Shown here: piece after piece, positions 55,157-63,173 of the stretch | Numbering within the stretch: position 1 is the stretch's first letter | Layout of the letters: each line of letters opens with the position of its first letter | Source of the DNA: Candidatus Nanopelagicales bacterium | GTDB taxonomy: Bacteria; Actinomycetota; Actinomycetes; S36-B12; UBA5976 | Assembly (NCBI GenBank): GCA_018402365.1 | Contig: JAGYJD010000005.1 | Location: 11,123-75,122, forward strand | Length of the DNA stretch: 64,000 nt | Direction: 5' to 3' | The notes under the pieces: model-generated | What the model saw: only the letters and a program-made list of their open reading frames with translations | Database searches by the model: none | What the model was told of the DNA's origin: nothing | Made by a program: the position numbers and the translations under genes

Positions 55157-56659
55157 ATGAATACTAAAAGGATTGGGACCAGCAAAAAAATGAGTTTAAC
55201 GCAAAATGAAACTCGATCTAACTTTTTAATAAATCAGATGGCTCGAGAACTCGGCGCGATTGTGGGCCACGAAAACGTAACTCAGGATAAAGCAAAACGA
55301 ATTGAGCAAGCCAGCGACTGGTCTTGGATGAGTAAATATTTGTTATCAAAAGACGAAGACTTGCCAATAGCTGACTTAGTAGTTTCACCCAAAACAACTA
55401 AAGAGGTTTCTGAAGTTGTGGCGCTTGCTAACGACTACTTAATGCCGATTATTCCGCGCGGTGGCGGCTCGGGTACACAATCAGGAACTTTTGCACTTTA
55501 CGGCGGTATCGCTTTAGATCTTAAATCTTTAAACAAAATAATTGACATCGACGAGAACTCAATGATTGTTACTGTCGAAGCTGGACTTGATGGTTCTGAA
55601 TTAGAAAAAGTTTTAAATGCTAGAGGTTTAACTGTGCCCCATTACCCGGGCTCTCATTTTTTTGGTGCAACTATTGGTGGATGCTTAGCTGCCAGAGGTT
55701 CAGGAGTTGTTTCAACAAAATACGGTAAGGCTGAAGATTTAGTACTACAAATTGAAGCAGTGATGGCAAATGGAAAAGTCATTGAGACTCTTCCGGTACC
55801 AAGTCATGCCTCAGGTCCAGGAATTATTCAAACTCTGGTCGGTAGTGAGGGAACTCTGGGAGTGATCACTAAAGCAGCCATGAGATTAGAGCACCTTCCA
55901 GAATCTAGAGTTTTTTTGTCATACGGATTTAAAGATGTCAATACTGGTATCGAAGCCGCCAGAGCCATTATGACTAAGAGATGGAAACCAGCAGTTATCA
56001 GACTTTATGACGAAGCAGATACTCATAAACTTTCTGAATTTTTAAACCTTGATGTACAAGGGGTCCTGATGGTAATTATGTGTGATGGCGCCAAGTCATT
56101 AACTGATTTGGAATCTAAAGAAATTGATTTAATTTGCACCGCAGTAGGTGGTAAACCACACGGACCGCAAGTAGGTCAGAACTGGTGGGACGGAAAGTAT
56201 GAGCCGTTTAAACATGGCAATATTCCTGCTCCACCAATGATTTATGGCACCACAGATACTTGTGCCAGATTCAATGATTTACCCGCAATTTACGCCGCCA
56301 AAAAAGCAGTGGTAGAAAAACAATTTGCTCACCACAAAGCTAGATACACCGCTCATTTTTCTCATTGGTTTCCATGGGGTGGAATGATTTACGACCGTTT
56401 TTATGTTGATAATCCCCCATCAGATATTGACGAAGCTATGAAATTGCATGACGACATATGGAACGCAGCAATCGATGCTTCTTTGAAAAATGGAGGGACC
56501 CTTAACGAACACCATGGTGTTGGTTTAAAGCTTGGTCGCTTCATGAAGACACAACACGGCTCAGCCTGGGAATTTTTGCTGAGTCTAAAAAAAGCGTGGG
56601 ATCCAAACGGCATCATGAATCCAGGAAAACTTGGGTTTGGTCCACCGGGTTCTGCGTAA
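55157..56659 (+). CDS. FAD-linked oxidase (VAO/GlcD/alkyl-DHAP-synthase-like) flavoenzyme
   Basis: FAD_binding_4 motifs (PRGGGSGTQSG, VEAGL), GTLGVITKA and C-terminal HHGVGLKL ... DPNGIMNPGK. Alternative start at 55190. Confidence 0.85.
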   Translation: MNTKRIGTSKKMSLTQNETRSNFLINQMARELGAIVGHENVTQDKAKRIEQASDWSWMSKYLLSKDEDLPIADLVVSPKTTKEVSEVVALANDYLMPIIPRGGGSGTQSGTFALYGGIALDLKSLNKIIDIDENSMIVTVEAGLDGSELEKVLNARGLTVPHYPGSHFFGATIGGCLAARGSGVVSTKYGKAEDLVLQIEAVMANGKVIETLPVPSHASGPGIIQTLVGSEGTLGVITKAAMRLEHLPESRVFLSYGFKDVNTGIEAARAIMTKRWKPAVIRLYDEADTHKLSEFLNLDVQGVLMVIMCDGAKSLTDLESKEIDLICTAVGGKPHGPQVGQNWWDGKYEPFKHGNIPAPPMIYGTTDTCARFNDLPAIYAAKKAVVEKQFAHHKARYTAHFSHWFPWGGMIYDRFYVDNPPSDIDEAMKLHDDIWNAAIDASLKNGGTLNEHHGVGLKLGRFMKTQHGSAWEFLLSLKKAWDPNGIMNPGKLGFGPPGSA

Positions 56660-56706
56660 AACGCAAGTTTAGTAACTAAGAACTTAGTTACTGGAAGGGA
56701 AGAGCA

Positions 56707-57591
56707 ATGCATTTATCTATGCACAACTGGATGCGTGCCGAGCCATTGGAAACAACCATCGCCCGACTAGCTAAATACGGTTACAAGAGTATTGAAATCA
56801 GTGGAGAACCAGAAAAATATCCATCTGCCGATACTCGCGCTTTATTAAAAAAATACGACCTAAAGTGTTGGGGTTCTGTGACTCTAATGTTAGGTGAAAG
56901 AAATCTAGTTGCTAAAGATGAAGGAAAACGTGCTGAGAGTGTTCAGTATGTAAAAGATTGCATCACTATGGTTAAAGAACTTGATGGAACAGAAATGACA
57001 ATTGTTCCTGCCACGGTAGGTAAAATTACTCCAGATGCAACTCCAGAAGAAGAATGGAGTTGGGCAGTTGATGGCATGAAAGATATCTATGCCCATTCCC
57101 AAGCAGCAGGCGTGAAATTAGCAATCGAACCCTTAAACAGATTCGAAACTTATTTCATTACCCGATGTGAACAAGCTCTAGCTTTAGCTGAAGCAACTGG
57201 TCCAGATTGTGGAGTATGTCTAGACGCATTCCACATCAACATTGAAGAAGAAGATCTATACGCTGCAATTCGTTTAGCTGGTAAAAAGCTAAATGACTTT
57301 CACGTCGCAGATAATAATCGGATGCCAGCCGGACACGGTGATTATGACTGGAAGAAAGTTGTCGCCACTTTGAAAGAAATTGGTTATGACGGTGCGCTAA
57401 CTGCTGAATTTGTTGCTCCAGTTGATAGGACTCCAGCAAACAGATTCCCAAATGCTCTGGATATGAATCCACCAGGAATCGATCCAGATCAATTGAAGTT
57501 CATCATTGACCACGGCTCATCTATTCTTACCGAAGAATTTTATGACTGGTTGGTTAAAGAGAACGCCGAGACATTACTACCTCTTATTTAA
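56707..57591 (+). CDS. xylose-isomerase-like TIM-barrel sugar(-phosphate) isomerase/epimerase
   Basis: IEPLNRFET, LDAFHINIEE and HVADNNR...GxG..DW...L..IGYDG metal-ligand pattern (AP_endonuc_2 fold). Confidence 0.85.
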   Translation: MHLSMHNWMRAEPLETTIARLAKYGYKSIEISGEPEKYPSADTRALLKKYDLKCWGSVTLMLGERNLVAKDEGKRAESVQYVKDCITMVKELDGTEMTIVPATVGKITPDATPEEEWSWAVDGMKDIYAHSQAAGVKLAIEPLNRFETYFITRCEQALALAEATGPDCGVCLDAFHINIEEEDLYAAIRLAGKKLNDFHVADNNRMPAGHGDYDWKKVVATLKEIGYDGALTAEFVAPVDRTPANRFPNALDMNPPGIDPDQLKFIIDHGSSILTEEFYDWLVKENAETLLPLI

Positions 57592-57627
57592 CTAATAAGA
57601 AATCTTAATTAGCGACTTCAGGAGACT

Positions 57628-58851
57628 TTGGTGAATGACTTAGTGCTAGTAATTGGCACACTTGACACCAAAGGTCCTGAGGTTGCTTATTTAAGAGACA
57701 AATTAAAAGAGTATGGACTCAAGCCCTACGTAATTGATGTAGGAATTCTTGGTGAACCCATAGGCATCACCCCTGATTTTTCTAAGGCTCAACTTGCCCA
57801 ATTCGGTGGCACCACAATCGAAAAAGTTCAGAATGCTGGCTCTCGCGGAGCTGCCGTTGAATTGATGCGCGAATTTGTTATAAAAAAAGTTGAAGAGATG
57901 GTGTCTAAAGAAGAGGTGATTGGTGGCATCGGGATAGGAGGCGCTGAGGGCGGGGTAATGACAGCCGCGGCCTTAATGGTGTTACCGATTGGAGCTCCCA
58001 AAATTGTGATCTCGCCGATTGCTTCAGGTAAGCATGAATTTGCCCCACTGGTTGGCACCACAGACATGATGACAATGCATTCCATTGTTGACATTTTGGG
58101 ATTAAACGACATCTCAAAAACTATTTTTGATAACGCTGCTGCTGCGGTTTACGGAATGATTGAAAAAGGGCATCAACTAACAAAACCAAAACCTGGCACA
58201 AAAGCAGTTGCCGTGACAATGCTGGGCAATACCAATACTGCAATCACCGCGATGCAGCCCTTAATGAAAGAAGCCGGATACGAATTAGTGGTATTTCATG
58301 CCAATGGCGTGGGTGGTGCTGCCATGGAGGAGCTGGCAACCGCCGGACAGTTCGTTGGGATTATTGATTTCACAACGAATGAAATGGCTGCAAATATGTT
58401 TGGCGGCATTCATGTGGCAGATCAAAACAGATTAACAGTTGCCGGCAGTTTGGGAATTCCACAAGTTGTGGTTCCGGGATGCGTTGATTTTATAGTTTTT
58501 CATGCAAATACTGTTCCAGAAAATCTTAAAGCTAGACCAATTTACAACCACAATCCAGAGTATTGGCTAGTCAGGCTCACTGGTGAAGAAATGGAAAAGT
58601 TAGGTAAAAAGTTTGCTGAATCTTTAAACACTTCACTTGGTGAAGTGAAGGTGGTAATTCCCACTCAAGGTATCTCTATTCCTAATAAAAAAGGTGGTAT
58701 TTTTTTTGATCCTGCAGCTGATAAAAAATTTATGGATCAAATGCAACAAACCTTAAAACCTGATATCGAAGTCACAAGCTTTGATCTGCATGTCAACGAT
58801 GCTGAATTTGGTAAGGCAGTCGGTAAACTTTTTATCGATATGATGAAATGA
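57628..58851 (+). CDS. UPF0261 / Tm-1-like ATP-binding domain protein
   Basis: VLVIGTLDTKGPEVAYLRDKL start, MLGNTNT, FHANGVGG and PGCVDF blocks as I remember family PF06792. AGGAGA RBS favours GTG 57631 over the track's TTG 57628. Confidence 0.7.
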   Translation: MVNDLVLVIGTLDTKGPEVAYLRDKLKEYGLKPYVIDVGILGEPIGITPDFSKAQLAQFGGTTIEKVQNAGSRGAAVELMREFVIKKVEEMVSKEEVIGGIGIGGAEGGVMTAAALMVLPIGAPKIVISPIASGKHEFAPLVGTTDMMTMHSIVDILGLNDISKTIFDNAAAAVYGMIEKGHQLTKPKPGTKAVAVTMLGNTNTAITAMQPLMKEAGYELVVFHANGVGGAAMEELATAGQFVGIIDFTTNEMAANMFGGIHVADQNRLTVAGSLGIPQVVVPGCVDFIVFHANTVPENLKARPIYNHNPEYWLVRLTGEEMEKLGKKFAESLNTSLGEVKVVIPTQGISIPNKKGGIFFDPAADKKFMDQMQQTLKPDIEVTSFDLHVNDAEFGKAVGKLFIDMMK

Positions 58852-58860
58852 GGAAAACAA

Positions 58861-59775
58861 ATGGCTAAACACCCAATCAGAGAATTTCAACGGCTCACCT
58901 CAGGTGACGATGCCTTTCGGGCAAAGTTTCGCTCTTGGGATATGACGGAATTGTCTTACGTTGATATTCGTGAATATCTAAAAGAGAAAGACACCGTGCT
59001 GGTGCCAATGGCGTCCACCGAACAACACGGCCCGCACTTACCCTTGTACACCGACACAATTACTGCCATTGAAGTTGCAGAGCGAGTTTCTGAGGCAATC
59101 GGAGTTTTTCATACCCCACCAATTTGGACTGGCTACTCACCTCAGCACATGCACTTGCCCGGTGAAGGTCGCGGCACCATCACAATCAAGGCCTCAACTT
59201 TAAATGCCTTGATGTACGACGTGGCTCGTTCATTAATTCATCATGGTTTCAACCGAATTATTTTTATTAACGGTCATGGCTCAAACACCAAAGTCGTTGA
59301 TCCGGTATTAAGAAAATTACGTTACGAAACTGGCGCACTAATCGGATTTGTGCGGCCTTACATGGAGCGTTACGTGGGTGTATTAGAAGGTCTTATGGAA
59401 AACCCACCAGAAGAAACTCCCGGTTGGCATTCCTCCGAATTAGAAACCTCCCAAGACATGGCTTATGACCCTGATTTAGTGAGAATGGAACGGGCTTATC
59501 CCGAGAAGGCTCACATCCCCAGCTTTTTACCAGCGAGCTTTCAAAAAAATGATGGGATGCCGGATGTTGAATTTGAAGGGTATCAATATTTTACCTTTCC
59601 AATGGATCACCATGAATTCGTAGAATCAGGCACCATCGGAAATCCCATGAGAGCCACTATGGAAAAAGGCGAAGAAGCGTTTCGTCGTCTTTCCGAGCAC
59701 ACAGCAAAAGCTATATTAGAATTAACAAAAGTTCCGGTGACAGTCACCAACAGAGAGTTTGTTGATCGCGTTTAA
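58861..59775 (+). CDS. creatininase-family metal-dependent amidohydrolase
   Basis: VLVPMASTEQHGPHLPLYTD, INGHGSN and SELETS motifs of creatinine amidohydrolase/ArfB/MftE-type enzymes. 304 aa, longer than the usual size of about 260. Confidence 0.8.
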   Translation: MAKHPIREFQRLTSGDDAFRAKFRSWDMTELSYVDIREYLKEKDTVLVPMASTEQHGPHLPLYTDTITAIEVAERVSEAIGVFHTPPIWTGYSPQHMHLPGEGRGTITIKASTLNALMYDVARSLIHHGFNRIIFINGHGSNTKVVDPVLRKLRYETGALIGFVRPYMERYVGVLEGLMENPPEETPGWHSSELETSQDMAYDPDLVRMERAYPEKAHIPSFLPASFQKNDGMPDVEFEGYQYFTFPMDHHEFVESGTIGNPMRATMEKGEEAFRRLSEHTAKAILELTKVPVTVTNREFVDRV

Positions 59776-59777
59776 AA

Positions 59778-60452
59778 ATGAAAGCAGAAAACGATAAGTC
59801 GCAGGCATCATCTTTAGCAGTTGATGCCTACGATTATTTAGTTGAGGCTATTACTTCTTTTAAACTCCCTACCAATACCGCCATCAGCGAAAATAAATTA
59901 GCATCGCAATTGGGAATTTCTCGCACCCCCATTAGACAGGCTTTGCAACGACTTGAATCAGAGGGCTTGATTACTAAAAGTGACTCTTCTCGATTTAGTG
60001 TTGCCCTAGTTACCCCTAAGCAAGTTGAAGAAGCTTGTGACTTACTACAAATTATTGATACCTATCTTTTTACTAGAGCTGCTAAAAATTTGAATAAAAA
60101 AAGTAGTGATGAATTAATTGCAATAACTCAAGAAATGATTCGGGCTGCTAAAAATGATGACCGCGACAAATGGAGTCAGGCCGATACAAAATTTCATAAT
60201 CTAATAATTAAAGCTGCCGATAACCGCATGGTCTCAGATTTAGCAATTGTTACTCGAAGAAAGATTCAAAGATTTTGGACCAAATCTGCTGTTTATGAAA
60301 ATCGGCTAAGTTCGTGTTCGAAAGAACATGAGGTATTAGCCCGCGTAATTGTCAAGAAAGATTTTGAGGCAATTGAACCAGCCGTGATAGATCACATGTC
60401 ACATATGCGCTCAAGTATTTTACGAATCATCGAAACTGCGGCAGTCTTTTAA
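59778..60452 (+). CDS. GntR-family (FadR/FCD subfamily) transcriptional regulator
   Basis: ISENKLASQLGISRTPIRQALQRLESEGLI winged HTH plus an all-helical FCD C-domain (HxxI...H). Starts 2 nt after the creatininase stop. Confidence 0.9.
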   Translation: MKAENDKSQASSLAVDAYDYLVEAITSFKLPTNTAISENKLASQLGISRTPIRQALQRLESEGLITKSDSSRFSVALVTPKQVEEACDLLQIIDTYLFTRAAKNLNKKSSDELIAITQEMIRAAKNDDRDKWSQADTKFHNLIIKAADNRMVSDLAIVTRRKIQRFWTKSAVYENRLSSCSKEHEVLARVIVKKDFEAIEPAVIDHMSHMRSSILRIIETAAVF

Positions 60453-60459
60453 GGCATAG

Positions 60460-60494
60460 AAAAAGGCGGCTGCAAAAGCCCTGCCAGCCGCCTT
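60460..60494 (-). terminator. intrinsic terminator of the epimerase gene (also closes the convergent gntR operon)
   Basis: AAGGCGGCTG-N12-CAGCCGCCTT is a perfect 10-bp stem. The minus-strand reading is followed by TTTTTC. Confidence 0.75.
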
Positions 60495-60510
60495 ACCCCA
60501 GTCAGTCTTT

Positions 60511-61377
60511 TTAGTATCTGGCCTTCATAAATTTAATTGCTTTTTCAGCTAGATCATGGGAGTCATCCCATAGATTTCGCCAAATACGCAAGGCATTGGA
60601 TAACGCTGGGTCCACCACCACTGATGAAAATGATTCAAAAGTAATGGGGCCTGAGTAATTGATGGTCTTTAAGGCTCCAAAAAATGAATCAAAGTCCACA
60701 TTGCCAGTACCTAAATAACCGCGATGACTCTCGCCAATATGAACATAGCCAATGCGATCTGCTGCTGCCAGCACTCCCTCAACCATGCCGTCTTCTTCTA
60801 TATTCATGTGATAAGTATCTAAATGTAGGTAAACGTTGGGCTTATCTACCTCTTCTAAATAAAGCAAGCCTTCTTTGGCTGTATTCATTAGGTTACTTTC
60901 GTATCGATTCACGATTTCAATATTTAGATTAATTCCTTTGTCCGCGGCATAATCAGCCATACGCTTCATAGCCCCGACTGAATTGGCACGATTCTCTTTT
61001 GTGGCAGGTTGCTCATACGGCTGCAAACTTGAGGCAAAGGGACCATCAAATTCAACTCCGCCGATAGCAGCTAGTTTGTCTATCGCCTGTCGCGCTAGCT
61101 CTTCTCCGGCTTTAACAATTGACTTATCAGCACTCGAAATATCGGTACTGGCGGTTAAAACAAAACAGCCCGCAGCTTTTAAATTAAATTCCGCAAGTAA
61201 ATCTTTGGTCATTGCTGCATCAATTTTTTCGGGTTCCGCAATCAAGATTTCAATCAGATCATAACCCGCTTTATGAGCGCTGCTGGCAGCAAAGCGGGCA
61301 CTCTTTGGTGACCAATCCCCTGCCCAAACAAGCGAGTGCCCTCCAAATTCTAAAGGTTTCTTATCTGAAATTGACAT
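60511..61377 (-). CDS. ketose 3-epimerase family enzyme (D-tagatose/D-psicose 3-epimerase-like TIM barrel)
   Basis: IEIVNRYE, LDTYHMNIEE and HIGESHRGYLGTG...F..L..INYSG match the DTE/DPE metal and catalytic Glu motifs. Confidence 0.8.
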   Translation of the reverse strand: MSISDKKPLEFGGHSLVWAGDWSPKSARFAASSAHKAGYDLIEILIAEPEKIDAAMTKDLLAEFNLKAAGCFVLTASTDISSADKSIVKAGEELARQAIDKLAAIGGVEFDGPFASSLQPYEQPATKENRANSVGAMKRMADYAADKGINLNIEIVNRYESNLMNTAKEGLLYLEEVDKPNVYLHLDTYHMNIEEDGMVEGVLAAADRIGYVHIGESHRGYLGTGNVDFDSFFGALKTINYSGPITFESFSSVVVDPALSNALRIWRNLWDDSHDLAEKAIKFMKARY

Positions 61378-61422
61378 TTAAGTTCCTTTCATCTAACGTC
61401 GGAGACTGGACATAATAGACAG

Positions 61423-61459
61423 ATACTAAGGGAGAGTTCTTAACTCTTCAATAGTCTTT
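61423..61459 (-). promoter_or_regulatory. candidate promoter of the epimerase gene carrying the shared 14-nt box
   Basis: The minus strand reads AAGACTATTGAAGA-gttaaga-ACTCT...; TTGAAG (61451-61446), 17 nt, TAGTAT (61428-61423). Confidence 0.4.
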
Positions 61460-61480
61460 GTCTTAATTTTTTTTAGGCTT

Positions 61481-62356
61481 ATGAAAGGAATATCTGTGGG
61501 TGTTGTTTCTTTGAATGACATCTTGAAACCTGCCTTTGAAGAACGTTATGGTGTACCGGCGATAAATATTTTTAACGATCTAACTCTCGAAGCAGTACTT
61601 GCTGGTGCTGTTAAAGCTAAATCCCCCTTAATAGTACAAACCTCAGTCAAAACAGTAAAAAGTATTGGCGTTGAAGTTCTGGCAAACATGTGGCAAGCAA
61701 TGACAAAAGGCATCGAAGTTCCGGTCGCGCTGCATTTAGATCATTGCCCAAATCGTGATGTGATTACTGCCTGCTTAGAGCATGGGTGGAATTCAGTTTT
61801 GTTTGATGCCTCAGAATTACCAGTTGAAGAAAATCAAAGACAAACCATCGAAGTAGTAAAACAAGCTCGCGCTTTTGGCGCTTCGGTTGAGGGTGAAATT
61901 GAAGCAATAACTGGCGTTGAGGACGGACACGGATCAGACTCAATTGCGAAAAGAGAATCTTTAGAAACTTCTCTGACTTTTATTGAAGAAACTGGCATTG
62001 ATGTCTTTGCTCCCTCAATTGGCAATGCTCATGGCTCCTACAAGTCAACGCCTGTCATTGATTTTGATCGGGTCTCTGACATAGTTTCAAAAAAATCTAT
62101 CCCCATTGCACTTCACGGTGGAAGCGGATTAACTTTGGAGCAATTTCAAGAATTAATTTCACGCGGTTGTGCAAAAATTAATATATCAACGGCGCTCAAA
62201 GAGCTCTATATGAAATCTACTCTTTCTTTTCTTGTTGAAACAGAGAAAAAAAATAAGTGGGATCCCCCCTCATTATTTGCGGCCACTCGTGAGGACATTA
62301 TTGAGCTGGTGGTTGATTTAACTGAACAATTTGGTAGCAAAGACAAGGTTGGGTAG
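61481..62356 (+). CDS. class II ketose-bisphosphate aldolase family (FbaA/GatY/KbaY-like)
   Basis: HLDH, EGEIE, GNAHGSYK and LHGGSG zinc and substrate motifs. 291 aa. Confidence 0.85.
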   Translation: MKGISVGVVSLNDILKPAFEERYGVPAINIFNDLTLEAVLAGAVKAKSPLIVQTSVKTVKSIGVEVLANMWQAMTKGIEVPVALHLDHCPNRDVITACLEHGWNSVLFDASELPVEENQRQTIEVVKQARAFGASVEGEIEAITGVEDGHGSDSIAKRESLETSLTFIEETGIDVFAPSIGNAHGSYKSTPVIDFDRVSDIVSKKSIPIALHGGSGLTLEQFQELISRGCAKINISTALKELYMKSTLSFLVETEKKNKWDPPSLFAATREDIIELVVDLTEQFGSKDKVG

Positions 62357-62365
62357 ATAACTTCG

Positions 62366-63067
62366 ATGCCCGCTTTGATTTTTGACTGTGATGGAGTACT
62401 GGCTGATACTGAAAAAGATGGTCACCTGCGCGCGTTTAATCAAACTTTTGAGCACTTTCACTTGCCGGTGCACTGGAGTGTTGTGGACTATGCAGAAAAA
62501 TTAAAAATTGGTGGAGGAAAAGAGAGACTAAAGAGTCTTTTAACTCCAGAATTTATTAGCAAGGCAGAACTCTCGCCCGATCCCAAAGCGCAAGCTGCGG
62601 CTGTGGCCGATTGGCATCGCTATAAAACTGACATCTATACAGACTTAGTCGAAAGTGGCGTTATGCCACCGCGGGCTGGAATTGCCAGAATTGTTAAAGA
62701 GGCACATGCGGCAGGCTGGAAACTTGCGGTCGCCTCCACTTCACACGCAAAGTCGGTCCAAGCTGTGCTTACTCATGCGGTGGGGGCTGAACTTGCTGCT
62801 GACTTTGCGGTTTTTGCGGGCGACATTGTGCCCCACAAAAAACCAGCACCAGATATTTACCGACTAGCGCTTGCCGAATTAGCGGTTTCGACTGCCCAGG
62901 CGATAGTGATTGAAGATAGTCAAAATGGTTTAGCGGCAGCCACTGCTGCTGGGCTTCGCACAGTTGTCACCATAAGTAGCTTCACCTCAGCAGAAAATTT
63001 TGCTGCTGCTTCACTCGTAGTCAGTTGCCTAGGTGACTTAGCTACCGGGCAACCGGCAAGCTGCTAG
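62366..63067 (+). CDS. HAD-superfamily phosphatase (CbbY/beta-phosphoglucomutase-like subfamily IA)
   Basis: LIFDCDGVLADTE motif I, AVASTS motif II, K...EDSxNG motif III/IV. Confidence 0.8.
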   Translation: MPALIFDCDGVLADTEKDGHLRAFNQTFEHFHLPVHWSVVDYAEKLKIGGGKERLKSLLTPEFISKAELSPDPKAQAAAVADWHRYKTDIYTDLVESGVMPPRAGIARIVKEAHAAGWKLAVASTSHAKSVQAVLTHAVGAELAADFAVFAGDIVPHKKPAPDIYRLALAELAVSTAQAIVIEDSQNGLAAATAAGLRTVVTISSFTSAENFAAASLVVSCLGDLATGQPASC

Positions 63068-63173
63068 AAAATCCAGCTAACCTAACCTTAGGTGAAGAAT
63101 AACGCCTGCTGATTTGAAAAACATTTTAGAACTACCCGCAATAAATTAAAAACCAATCATAAGGAGAGTAAAA

